DNA from: Candidatus Eremiobacteria bacterium
Lineage (GTDB): Bacteria; Vulcanimicrobiota; Vulcanimicrobiia; Vulcanimicrobiales; Vulcanimicrobiaceae
DNA: 64,000 bases
Assembly: GCA_963737065.1 (NCBI GenBank)
Contig: CAVTRC010000002.1
Coordinates: 64,001 to 128,000, forward strand
Direction of reading: 5' to 3'
The notes beneath the pieces are model-generated. The model saw only the letters and a program-made list of their open reading frames with translations, had not been told where the DNA came from and ran no database searches. This document shows positions 8,500 through 18,417 of this stretch, in pieces; the stretch's first letter is position 1; the number at the start of each line of letters is the position of its first letter. The position numbers and the translations under genes were made by a program.

Positions 8500-10055
8500 A
8501 GCGCGCGCCATCCCGGGAACAGCTTCATCGCTGATTCGGGGCCTTGCGAACCGGCCGCATAATTGGGGAACGTGAAATCCTTCGTGTTCTGCCACACGTC
8601 AAGAACCGGCATGACGATTTCCCACGCGTGTTCGACGGCATCCCATCGCGTGAACAGCGTTTGATCGCCGCGCATTGCATCGCCGATCAATCGCTCGTAC
8701 GCCGGCGGCGACTGGACGCCGAAACCGGTGCCATAGTTGAAATCCATGAAGACGCTGCGAATGTGACTCTTCGGGCCCGGAACCTTCGCAGAGAAGCGCA
8801 TCGTCACGCCCTCTTCCGGCTCGATCTTCATGACGAGCACGTTGGGTTCGATGGTATCGGTCGTCTCACCGTAAATGCGATGGGGAATCGGCTTGAACGT
8901 TACGGCGATGTCCGACGTTTTTTTCGCAAGGCGCTTACCGCTGCGCAAATAGAACGGCACGCCGGCCCACCGCCAATTCTCGATGACCAACTTCACCGCG
9001 GCGAACGTCTCGGTGTTCGATTGCGGGTTGACGTCGGGCTCTTCACGGTAGCCTTTTACCGGCTTGTCGTCGATTGTGCCGGGCCCGTATTGGCCGCGCG
9101 CGGACATCTGCGACACGTCGCCGATCAGCGGCGGCGCGATCGCCGAGAGCACCTTTGCCTTCTCCGCGCGGATCGCGTCGGCGTCGCGGCTTGCAGGCGG
9201 TTCCATCGCAACGAGCGCGAGCAAATTCATGACATGGTTCTGAATCATGTCGCGCAACGCGCCCGCGTTATCGTAATAGCCGCCGCGCAGTTCCACGCCG
9301 ATTTTTTCGGCCGCGGTGATTTGCACCGACTCGACGTAGTTACGATTCCACACCGGCTCGAAAATCGTGTTGGCAAAGCGCAGCGCCATGATGTCTTGCA
9401 CCGGTTCTTTGCCGAGATAGTGATCGATGCGGTAAATCGCGCTTTCTGGGAAAACGCGCTCGACGGTCGCTTGCAAGACGCGCGCGGATTCGAGATCGGT
9501 ACCGAACGGTTTCTCCACGATGATCCGGGACCAGCCGAGCTGACCTTCGTGCGGATTGAGATCCGCTTCTTTGAGCTGATCGATGATCACCGGAAACACG
9601 GATGGCGGCGTCGAGAGGTAGAAGAGGCGATTCCCCTTTGTCCCGAGTCGATCGTCATTGTCGTGAAGCCGCTGCGCTAACGTCGCGTAACAGTTCTGAT
9701 CGTTGAAATCGGCCGTGATATAGCTCAAGCGCTTTGCGAAATCTTCCCAAACGGCGGCCTGCGGTTTCGCGTCGTCGGGAGCAAAGATGTCGAGTTGTTC
9801 TTTGCAGTACTTGCGAAAGTCGTCGTCACTGAATTGCGTGCGCGAAAATCCGACGATCGCAAAATCGTTCGGGAGAATCCCACGCACGCGCAGGGAGTAC
9901 ATCGCCGGCAGCAGCATGCGCTTGAACAGGTCGCCGCTTGCACCGAAGAACACGACGTTGCACGGATCGGTGATGCGATCGGTCTGCAAACCCGCACGAA
10001 GCGGGTTTGTCATACCTTTGCCGTCGGTCGAAACCGTCGCTACCGCATCAGCCAT
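8496..10055 (-). CDS. zwf: Glucose-6-phosphate 1-dehydrogenase
   Basis: GASGDL, EKPFG, RIDHYLGKE, RWAGVPFYLRSGKRL. Confidence 0.97.
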   Translation of the reverse strand: MADAVATVSTDGKGMTNPLRAGLQTDRITDPCNVVFFGASGDLFKRMLLPAMYSLRVRGILPNDFAIVGFSRTQFSDDDFRKYCKEQLDIFAPDDAKPQAAVWEDFAKRLSYITADFNDQNCYATLAQRLHDNDDRLGTKGNRLFYLSTPPSVFPVIIDQLKEADLNPHEGQLGWSRIIVEKPFGTDLESARVLQATVERVFPESAIYRIDHYLGKEPVQDIMALRFANTIFEPVWNRNYVESVQITAAEKIGVELRGGYYDNAGALRDMIQNHVMNLLALVAMEPPASRDADAIRAEKAKVLSAIAPPLIGDVSQMSARGQYGPGTIDDKPVKGYREEPDVNPQSNTETFAAVKLVIENWRWAGVPFYLRSGKRLAKKTSDIAVTFKPIPHRIYGETTDTIEPNVLVMKIEPEEGVTMRFSAKVPGPKSHIRSVFMDFNYGTGFGVQSPPAYERLIGDAMRGDQTLFTRWDAVEHAWEIVMPVLDVWQNTKDFTFPNYAAGSQGPESAMKLFPGWRAL

Positions 10056-10065
10056 ATGCCGGGTC

Positions 10066-12906
10066 CTACGCGCGTGCCGAAAGGGCGTCGTCAACCGCGC
10101 CGATCAGCGCGCGCAAAGCGCTCTCCGTGTCGCCTTTGAGATGGATCCGAGCGCCGCGCCGGTTCCGTTTATCGAGCGACTGCAGATCGCCGAGTGCCTG
10201 CGCCGCAAGCAGCGTGCGGAATCCAACGTTCATTCCCGGTATTTGAGGATCGCTGGGTTCATCATCGGTCAACTGCAGCATGACCGCTGAATTCGGTCCG
10301 CCCTTGTGCAGTTGCCCGGTGGAGTGCAGGAAACGCGGGCCGAAGCCGACGGTCGTTGCGACATGCTCCGCTTTGCGGATCTTCAGTCGCAACTCGTCGA
10401 GGAGTTCGAGGTGCTTCGGGTTGCGCGCGATGTACGCGCAGATCGCAACGTAATCGCCGACGCACAATTGCCCAAAGACGTAGCTCAACGCGGAACCGAC
10501 GGTCGTAGAGTCGCCGTTTTTGCTGCCGGAAAGAAACGTGATATCGTAACGATCGCCGGACACGTCGGCCGCGGGTTCGGGGATCGATCCGTTCTGCGCA
10601 TACTGCTCCAGCAGCGCTTTCGTATTGTCTTTCGACTCTTGTACGTTCGGCTGGTCGAACGCGTTGATGCCCAGAATGCTGCCGGCCGCCGCCGTCGCGA
10701 TTTCCCACGTGTAGAACTGTTCGCCGAGATCGTATTCGTCATTCGTGGCGAGGCGAATGACCGGATGACCCGCGTTCTCTAAATCGCGGAGCTTCTCGTC
10801 GACGCCCGGGCTCGGATCCGGCATGTTCGATCCGACGTACACGAAGATCCGATCGGGCCCATAGACATCGATGGTTCCCAGTTCCTCGCCCTCGATCGGG
10901 ACGATGCCTTTGCCGAGTTTTCCGGTCGATTCGGCGATCAACTGTTCCGCCCACGCGCCAAATGCAGCGACGTCGGGGTGCGTGACGATCGTTAACTTAT
11001 TGCGGCCGCTTGCGGCGAGCCCGCCGATCGCTGCGCCAAAGCGCACGCCGGGCGCGAGCTTCGGATCGACGTTCTTGTCGTTTGCGTGCATTGCGCCCAG
11101 GCCGCGGTCGAGCAGCAGCGTTACGTCGTAGCCCGCGAGCGCGGCCGGAACGATACCGAAGAACGAGAGCGCGGAGTAGCGGCCGCCGATGTTCGGATCG
11201 TTTTCGAAAATCCGGCGGAACTTGTGCCCGCGCGCGACGTCGACCATCTTTGTGCCCGGATCGGTGATGGCGATGAAACGGTCTCCCGCTTTTTCTGCGC
11301 CGAACCGCTTCGCGATCTTTCCATAGTAGTAGGCGAAAAATGCGTTCGGCTCCGTAGTCGTTCCACTTTTGCTCGCAACGATGAAAAGCGTCTCGTCGAG
11401 ATTGATCTTTTCGTTCAGTTCTTCGATTTGCGAGGGCGCCGTCGAGTCCAGGACGTGCAGTTGCGGCCACCCGTCCATTTGGCCGAACGTATCCGACATA
11501 ACGTCAGGGGCGAGCGAACTACCGCCCATGCCGAGCACGACGACGTGGTCGAATTCCCGCTTCACATCCTGCGCGAACGCCAGCAGATCGGGAACGTGCT
11601 CCATTAAATGTTGCGGAATATCAAGCCATCCGAGTGCGTGCTTGATAATATCGGCTGCCTGCGCGTCGTTCGACCACAGCGACGGATCTTTCGCCCACAG
11701 TTTCTTGAGGAAGTCGGCTTTCGTCAGTTTGTCGAGCGCCTCGTCGTAGTGCGACGAGTTCTCGCCGAGCGCGAGCGCGACGCGCTCCGCTCCGCCCCGG
11801 AGCTGATTTTGCTTGTAAACGATTGCGCCCATCAGCGCGGCAAACGAATCCGAAAACGATGAGACGCCTTCGATCTGCAGCTGACACGTCACGTCGAAGA
11901 GCGAGATATTCGCCTCTTGCAATTGCTTCATGATCGAACGCGCTTCGTCGACGCCGTGCTCGACGGTATCCGGCACGACGTTGCCATGATCGAGCAGCGC
12001 ATCGAGCGTGTTGGGTGGCATCGTGTTCACCGTGTTCTTTCCGATCACCGGCTCGACGTACATCAGATCCGGATACGCGGGGTTCTTCGTCGACGTGCTG
12101 GCCCAGAGCGGCCGCTGTACTTGCGCGCCGGCATGGCGTACTTTCGAGAAATCGCCGCCTTCGAAGATCTCCTTGAAGCGCTGATAAGTGAGCTTCAAAT
12201 TCGCCGTTCCTGCTTTTCCGAGCAGCGATTGGAGTTTCGTCTCACCTTTGTCGATCTTCGCCTGCAGCAATTTGTCGACGGCCGTGTCGATTCGGCTTAC
12301 GAAGACCGAGTTGACCGAGCGGATCCGTTCGACCGGCTTCCCTTCGGCAACGCGGCGCTCGAGGCCCTTGATGTACGCGCGCGCTGTTTTTTCGTACATT
12401 TCGATCGCGAAGATCAACGTCACGTTGATGTTCAGTCCTTCGTAGATGCACTCTTCGATGGCGGCAACGCCCGCGTTCGTACCCGGAATCTTCACCATGA
12501 GGTTTGGACGGTCGACGCGCTGCCACAGAGACTTGGCGTTCGCAATGGTACCTTGCGTGTCGTTCGCGAGCAGCGGCGAGACTTCTAAACTGACGAAGCC
12601 GTCATTACCGCCCGAAGAATCATAGACGCCGCGGAACGCGTCGCACGCGCTCTGGATGTCTTGCACCGCAAGCTCCCAGAACAGCGTGTTTGCGTCGGTC
12701 TCTTCTTGAATCAGCGAGCGGAGTTGATCGTCGTAATCGTTTCCCGTGCCGATTGCTTTCTCGAAGATCGTTGGGTTGCTCGTCATTCCGCGCAGGCCTT
12801 GATCGATCAATCGCTTCAGCTCGCCGGAGGCGAACATCCCGCGGCGCAGATTGTCGAGCCACACGCTCTGACCGGCGGCCAGCAGTTGTTCCAATTGGTT
12901 GCTCAC
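10066..12906 (-). CDS. tal-pgi: Bifunctional transaldolase / glucose-6-phosphate isomerase
   Basis: N-half: WLD, TSNPTIF, VKIPGT, RPLWASTSTK; C-half: GMGGSSL, SKSGTTTE, GGRYSALS, EQLIAESTGK, HSTGQLHKGG. Confidence 0.95.
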   Translation of the reverse strand: MSNQLEQLLAAGQSVWLDNLRRGMFASGELKRLIDQGLRGMTSNPTIFEKAIGTGNDYDDQLRSLIQEETDANTLFWELAVQDIQSACDAFRGVYDSSGGNDGFVSLEVSPLLANDTQGTIANAKSLWQRVDRPNLMVKIPGTNAGVAAIEECIYEGLNINVTLIFAIEMYEKTARAYIKGLERRVAEGKPVERIRSVNSVFVSRIDTAVDKLLQAKIDKGETKLQSLLGKAGTANLKLTYQRFKEIFEGGDFSKVRHAGAQVQRPLWASTSTKNPAYPDLMYVEPVIGKNTVNTMPPNTLDALLDHGNVVPDTVEHGVDEARSIMKQLQEANISLFDVTCQLQIEGVSSFSDSFAALMGAIVYKQNQLRGGAERVALALGENSSHYDEALDKLTKADFLKKLWAKDPSLWSNDAQAADIIKHALGWLDIPQHLMEHVPDLLAFAQDVKREFDHVVVLGMGGSSLAPDVMSDTFGQMDGWPQLHVLDSTAPSQIEELNEKINLDETLFIVASKSGTTTEPNAFFAYYYGKIAKRFGAEKAGDRFIAITDPGTKMVDVARGHKFRRIFENDPNIGGRYSALSFFGIVPAALAGYDVTLLLDRGLGAMHANDKNVDPKLAPGVRFGAAIGGLAASGRNKLTIVTHPDVAAFGAWAEQLIAESTGKLGKGIVPIEGEELGTIDVYGPDRIFVYVGSNMPDPSPGVDEKLRDLENAGHPVIRLATNDEYDLGEQFYTWEIATAAAGSILGINAFDQPNVQESKDNTKALLEQYAQNGSIPEPAADVSGDRYDITFLSGSKNGDSTTVGSALSYVFGQLCVGDYVAICAYIARNPKHLELLDELRLKIRKAEHVATTVGFGPRFLHSTGQLHKGGPNSAVMLQLTDDEPSDPQIPGMNVGFRTLLAAQALGDLQSLDKRNRRGARIHLKGDTESALRALIGAVDDALSARA

Positions 12907-12935
12907 GATGATCTCCTAGTCGTCGGAATGCGATT

Positions 12936-14939
12936 TTAATGCGTAGCGAGTGCGAACTGTTCGAGTGCGACATGCGCGATATTGTCGGCGGTGAATCCGA
13001 ACGCTTTCGCAATGGCCGCTGCCGGAGCCGAACGCCCAAAATGATCGATTCCGAATGCAAAACCGCGGTCGCCGACCCATTGTTTCCATCCGAACGTCGC
13101 GCCCGCTTCGATCGACATACGAGCGGTGACGGCGGGCGGCAGGACGTCATCGCGGTACGATTCCGGCTGCTGCGCAAAGAGTTCCCAGCAGGGCATCGAG
13201 ACGACCCGCGTTGCAACGCCCCTGCCGTCGAGAATCTTCTTCGCGTCGATTGCGAGCGACACTTCCGATCCGGTGGCAATGAGGATCAGATCCGCCGTTC
13301 CTTGCGCATCAGCGATCACGTACGCGCCGCGCGCGACGTCGGCGTTGCGCTGACCGAGGAACGGCACTTTCTGACGCGTGAGGACGAGCGCCCACGGACA
13401 CCCGCTCTTCGGATCGATCGCGAGTTTCCACGCGGCTTCCGTTTCGAGCGCATCCGCCGGGCGCACGACCCGAATATTCGGCATCGCGCGCAGCATGGCG
13501 AGCTGCTCGACCGGTTCGTGCGTCGGACCGTCTTCGCCGAGAAAGACGGAGTCGTGCGTGAAGACGAAGATCGCGTGTAGTTCCGTAAGCGCGCACAGAC
13601 GCAACGCCGGTTTCAAATAATCGACGAAGTTGAAGAACGTCGCGCAGAACGGCATCAATCCGCCGTGTAATGCGATGCCGTTCGTCGCGGCCGCCATGCC
13701 GTGTTCGCGGACGCCGTAGTGAATATTGCGTCCGGCATAGTTGCCCGGCTCGAAGTCGCCCTCTCCTTTGAGGTAGGTCTTCGTGGACGGATCGAGGTCG
13801 GCAGAACCGCCGACGAGTTCGGGCAGCGTTGCGGCAATTGCGTTCATCACCGTGCCGCCTGCGTCGCGCGTCGCAATGTTGCCGTTCTCCGCGGTGAACG
13901 TCGGCCATGGAAGCGACGAAGGTAGGTCGCCGCGCAGCGTGCGTTCGAGTTGCGCCGCAAGTTCGCCGTTCTGCGCTTTCCATTGATCGAATGTCTTCTG
14001 CCACTGCGCTTCTGCTTGCGCACCCTTGTCCGAGAGCGACCGGTAGAACTGCAGCACGTCGTCGGGAACGTAGAAATCGGGCTCCAGCGGCCAGCCGAGA
14101 AATTCTTTCGTCTTCTTGACGTTCTCCGGGCCGAGCGGTTCACCGTGGCTCTTGTAGTTGTCTTGCAGCGGCGAACCGTAGCCAATATGCGTGCGAACCG
14201 CGATAAGCGACGGGCGATCGATCACGTTCTTCGCGACCGTAATCGCCTGATCGATTGAATCTACATCGTTTGCATGATCGGCATCGATCAGTTGCGTGTG
14301 CCAGCCGCTTGCGTCGAATCGCGCGACCGCATCGTCGGTAAACGTCACGTCGGTTGGTCCCGCGAGGGAAACGCGATTGTCGTCGTAGAGTACGATGAGC
14401 TTTCCCAGTTGTAAGTGTCCGGCGAGCGAGAGCGCCTCTTGACTGATACCTTCCATGAGGTCGCCGTCGCCGACCAGCGCATACGTATAATGATCGACGA
14501 TGTTCGCGTCGCTGCGATTGTACACGGCCGCGAGATGCGCTTCGGCAATCGCCATGCCGACCGCATTGCCGATGCCTTGACCGAGCGGTCCGGTCGTTGC
14601 CTCGACGCCGGGAGTGTGTCCCGCTTCCGGGTGCCCGGGCGTCTTGCTATTGAGTTGGCGGAAGGCCTTGATGTCGTCGAGCGTCAAGCCGTACCCGGTA
14701 AGGTAGAGCAACGCGTAGAGCAGCATCGACCCGTGGCCCGCTGAGAGAACGAAGCGGTCGCGGTCGAACCAGTGCGGGTCCTTTGCGTTGAACTTGAGAT
14801 GGCGCGACCACAGTGCGTACGCCATCGCCGCCGCACCGAGCGGCAGCCCCGGATGTCCGGAGTTTGCTTTCTGGACCGCATCGACCGCTAAAAATCGGAT
14901 AGCGTTGATTCGCTGTTCATCGACCGGCGAGTTGGCCAC
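12936..14939 (-). CDS. tkt: Transketolase
   Basis: [45 protein letters not shown] before the GTG at 14939. Confidence 0.97.
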   Translation of the reverse strand: MANSPVDEQRINAIRFLAVDAVQKANSGHPGLPLGAAAMAYALWSRHLKFNAKDPHWFDRDRFVLSAGHGSMLLYALLYLTGYGLTLDDIKAFRQLNSKTPGHPEAGHTPGVEATTGPLGQGIGNAVGMAIAEAHLAAVYNRSDANIVDHYTYALVGDGDLMEGISQEALSLAGHLQLGKLIVLYDDNRVSLAGPTDVTFTDDAVARFDASGWHTQLIDADHANDVDSIDQAITVAKNVIDRPSLIAVRTHIGYGSPLQDNYKSHGEPLGPENVKKTKEFLGWPLEPDFYVPDDVLQFYRSLSDKGAQAEAQWQKTFDQWKAQNGELAAQLERTLRGDLPSSLPWPTFTAENGNIATRDAGGTVMNAIAATLPELVGGSADLDPSTKTYLKGEGDFEPGNYAGRNIHYGVREHGMAAATNGIALHGGLMPFCATFFNFVDYLKPALRLCALTELHAIFVFTHDSVFLGEDGPTHEPVEQLAMLRAMPNIRVVRPADALETEAAWKLAIDPKSGCPWALVLTRQKVPFLGQRNADVARGAYVIADAQGTADLILIATGSEVSLAIDAKKILDGRGVATRVVSMPCWELFAQQPESYRDDVLPPAVTARMSIEAGATFGWKQWVGDRGFAFGIDHFGRSAPAAAIAKAFGFTADNIAHVALEQFALATH

Positions 14940-15060
14940 GAGTACTCCTTCGCAAACGACAAACGGGACCGGATAATTCGCTCCCACACTCGGTTCTTAC
15001 CCCTGCTTGAAACATGCGAGAATGAAAGCCAACGCGGCGAGGCGTATCGGTAGGGCCGGT

Positions 15061-15888
15061 ATGCAGATCGATTCGGCATGCGAGCGCATCGAAGCGCTTG
15101 CCGCGGGCAACGGTGACGTTCGTGGCGCCGGCGGACGCGTTGTCGACGACGTGATCGACGCGCTCGACGTCGGCGCGTTACGCGTTGCGCAACCGGATGG
15201 TGACGCTTGGCGGGTCAATGCGTGGGTGAAGCAGGCGATACTGCTCTATTTTGCGCGCCGCCACGTCGCCTGGATGGGACATCGCGATCGCGATGCGCTC
15301 GTCTTTTACGACAAGCTTCCGGTAAAGCGCAACTATAAGAAGCTCGGCGTGCGGTGCGTCCCGCCGGGGGTCGCACGGTACGGCAGCTTCCTGGGTCGCG
15401 GAGTAATTCTGATGCCCGGGTACGTGAACATCGGCGCGTACGTCGATGAAGGTTCAATGGTCGACACTTGGGCGACCGTCGGCTCGTGTGCGCAGATCGG
15501 CAGAGGCGTTCACCTTTCGGGCGGTGTCGGCATAGGCGGCGTGCTGGAACCGCCGCAAGCGGCGCCGGTCATCGTTGAAGACGGTGCATTCATCGGCTCG
15601 CGCTGTATCGTCGTTGAAGGCGTGCGTGTGGGCCGTGAAGCCGTCCTCGGCGCCGGCGTCGTGCTCACGGCAAGCACGCCGATCGTCGACGTCCGCGGAT
15701 CCGTCCCGGAGACGACGAAGGGCAGCGTCCCTTCGCGCGCCGTCGTGATTCCCGGAACAATTCCAAAGCACTTTCCCGCGGGCGAGTTCGGCGTACCGTG
15801 CGCGTTAATCATCGGCACGCGAAGCGAAGCAACCGATCGCAAAACGTCGCTCAACGCGGCGTTGCGCGACTATGAGGTTGCAGTCTAA
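15061..15888 (+). CDS. dapD: Tetrahydrodipicolinate N-succinyltransferase
   Basis: WVKQAILLYF, YVNIGAYVDEGSMVDTWATVGSCAQIG, GGVLEP. Confidence 0.95.
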   Translation: MQIDSACERIEALAAGNGDVRGAGGRVVDDVIDALDVGALRVAQPDGDAWRVNAWVKQAILLYFARRHVAWMGHRDRDALVFYDKLPVKRNYKKLGVRCVPPGVARYGSFLGRGVILMPGYVNIGAYVDEGSMVDTWATVGSCAQIGRGVHLSGGVGIGGVLEPPQAAPVIVEDGAFIGSRCIVVEGVRVGREAVLGAGVVLTASTPIVDVRGSVPETTKGSVPSRAVVIPGTIPKHFPAGEFGVPCALIIGTRSEATDRKTSLNAALRDYEVAV

Positions 15889-17019
15889 TTGAATCCGCGC
15901 GTCCTCGATATTCCCGGATCGTTGATCCGCGAAGTGGCAAGCAAGAAGCGCGCAACTTCGATCGATCTCGGCCTCGGCGAGCCGTCCCTCAAACCGAACC
16001 CGGCGCACTTTACCGCCGCGATGAACTATATCGCAGAACACGGCATCAAATACACGCACAATGCCGGCGACGGCGCGCTACGCGAAGCGATTGCCCGCCA
16101 TTACGACTACCCGGGCATGCACAATAGCTCGAACGTCTGCATTACGACGGGGTCGCAAGAAGCGATGTACGTGGCGCTCAAAACGCTCCTCGATCCCTCG
16201 CACGATGAGTTACTCGTCATCGATCCGTCGTTTCCCTCATACGTGAAGATGGCGAGCCTGGAAGGCGTTGCCGTGCGTAGCGTTGCGATGTCCGAGGACG
16301 ATGACTTCGCTTTCGATGCCGAACGCATTGCCGCCGCGATCTCGGATCGCACGCGCGCGATCGTCATCTGTTCGCCGAATAATCCGACGGGACGCGTCAT
16401 CGATCGCGCGCAAGCCGGAATGCTCGTCGCCGCACTGGAGCAACGCGGCGGAGAGCCGGTGTGGCTCATTCACGACGAAATCTATCGCGAGCAAACCTTC
16501 GTCGACAACGAAGCCTACCTCGCGGAACGCTATCCGTATACGATCGTTACGAATTCCGTCAGTAAGAGCAATGCGTTGACCGGGTTACGGCTCGGATGGA
16601 TCATCGCGCCGCATGAATTTATTCAGCAGGCGATCAAAGCGCATGCCTGGGTGACGTCATGCGCCGATACGTTCGCGCAGCAGGTCGCGCTGAACGTCTT
16701 TACGACGCTCGGCGGAGTCAGCGAGCAGGCGTCGTGGTATCGCGCGCAATTGCGCGGCGTCGTTGAAGCGCTCGAATCAAGCGGTCTGCGCTACATCAAA
16801 CCGGAGGGTAGCTTCTACGCGTGCGTGCGGCTTCCGCGCGGCATTGCATCGCTCGACGGCGCATTGCAGTTATTAGAAGATCATGACGTGCTTGCGATTC
16901 CGGGTTCAGCCTTCGGTGAGTGCTTCGAAGGATGGCTGCGGTTAAGTTGGGTCGCGCCGCTCGATAGCGTGCACGAAGGCATCCGGCGCATCGCAAAGTT
17001 CGTCGGAGAGTTTGTATGA
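15889..17019 (+). CDS. PLP-dependent class I/II aminotransferase (DapC-like by context)
   Basis: SPNNPTG, DEIY, SVSKSNALTGLRLGW (PLP lysine); abuts dapD. Confidence 0.88.
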   Translation: MNPRVLDIPGSLIREVASKKRATSIDLGLGEPSLKPNPAHFTAAMNYIAEHGIKYTHNAGDGALREAIARHYDYPGMHNSSNVCITTGSQEAMYVALKTLLDPSHDELLVIDPSFPSYVKMASLEGVAVRSVAMSEDDDFAFDAERIAAAISDRTRAIVICSPNNPTGRVIDRAQAGMLVAALEQRGGEPVWLIHDEIYREQTFVDNEAYLAERYPYTIVTNSVSKSNALTGLRLGWIIAPHEFIQQAIKAHAWVTSCADTFAQQVALNVFTTLGGVSEQASWYRAQLRGVVEALESSGLRYIKPEGSFYACVRLPRGIASLDGALQLLEDHDVLAIPGSAFGECFEGWLRLSWVAPLDSVHEGIRRIAKFVGEFV

Positions 17020-17036
17020 ACGATGCTGCGGCGACG

Positions 17037-18417
17037 TTAGGAGCTGACTGATACGGTTTGGATATTTGTGAACTCGTGAATGCCAAAGTGGGAGAGCTCG
17101 CGGCCGTGCCCGCTGCGTTTGATACCACCAAACGGTAAACGCGAATCGCTCGCGACGATGTTGTTGACGAACACCATACCGGCTTCGATATCGCGCGCAA
17201 GCGTCTGCGCTTTGTCGATGTCGCTCGTGTGAATCGAGCAGCCGAGACCGTAGCTCGAACGATTCGCGAGATCTACTGCCTCACGCGCGTCGTGTGCGCG
17301 CACCACGGCCGCCGCCGGGCCGAACGTTTCTTCATCGAACATCCGCATGCCGGGGCGCACGTCCGAGACGATCGTCGGAAGATAGAAGTTGCCGGCTTCG
17401 TTGATGGGCGCTCCGCCGAGTACGAGCCGGCCACCCGTGTCAACCGTTGCCTCAACTTGCTCGTGCAGCGTTTTCCTGAGATCGGAGCGCGCAACGGGGC
17501 CAAGATCGGTCGACTCCTCCATTGGATTTCCGATGGTTTGCTCACCCGCAAGTTCGACGAAGCGCTCCACGAAACGGTCGTAGACCGCATCTTCCACAAT
17601 GAAACGCTTTGCCGCGATGCAGCTTTGACCGTTGTTCTGAAAGCGCCCCTGCACGGCACGCTTGGCGGTTGCATCCAGGTCGGCATCGGCGAGCACGATA
17701 AAGGCGTCGCTGCCGCCGAGTTCGAGCACGGCGGTCTTCAGTTGCGATCCCGCTGCGGTCGCAATCGCGACGCCCGCGCGTTCGCTTCCGGTTAGTGTCG
17801 CGCCGACGACGCGGTCGTCGGCAATGAGCGCGTTTGCATCCTCGTGACCGATGACGAGCGTCGCCAGCAGTCCATCCGGTGCGCCGGATTCTTTGAAGAG
17901 ACGCTCGATTTCCAGTGCGCAGCGCGTCGTGTTTTCCGCGTGTTTGAGCAACATCGTGTTGCCTGCCATGAGGGCTGGAACCGCGGCGCGGAAGACCTGC
18001 CAGAACGGGAAGTTCCACGGCATGATCGCAAGAATGACGCCGAGCGGACGGAACGCCGCGTAGCTTTTCTGCGCGCTGCTATCCATCGGCAGGTCGGCGA
18101 GCATCGCGCCGGCATGCTGTGCGAAGTACTCACAGCAGATCGCGCATTTTTCAATCTCCGCGCGCGCCTGCAGCAGCGGCTTTCCCATCTCGCGAACCGC
18201 AGTTCGCGCGAGTTGTTCTTTTTCCGATCTCAGCGCGCTCGCGATCCGAACGAATACGCCGGCGCGAGTATCGACCGTCGCGCTCCGCCACTGGGCGAAT
18301 CGGTCGTGCGCCGCATTGAGCGGCAGCATCGATCTGATTGCGGTCCGCGCGCGGAATCCGTTCGATCTGTTCGCCCGTCGAAGGATCGATCGTCGTGACG
18401 GCCTGCAACGTGTTCAT
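17037..18417 (-). pseudogene. NAD(P)-dependent succinate-semialdehyde dehydrogenase-like ALDH with a +1 frameshift near codon 32
   Basis: MPWNFP, TGSE, LELGGSD, NNGQSCIA, EETFGP in the main frame; the N-terminus MNTLQAVTTIDPSTGEQIE lies in a different frame starting at 18417 (ATGA overlap with the upstream gene). Confidence 0.8.
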
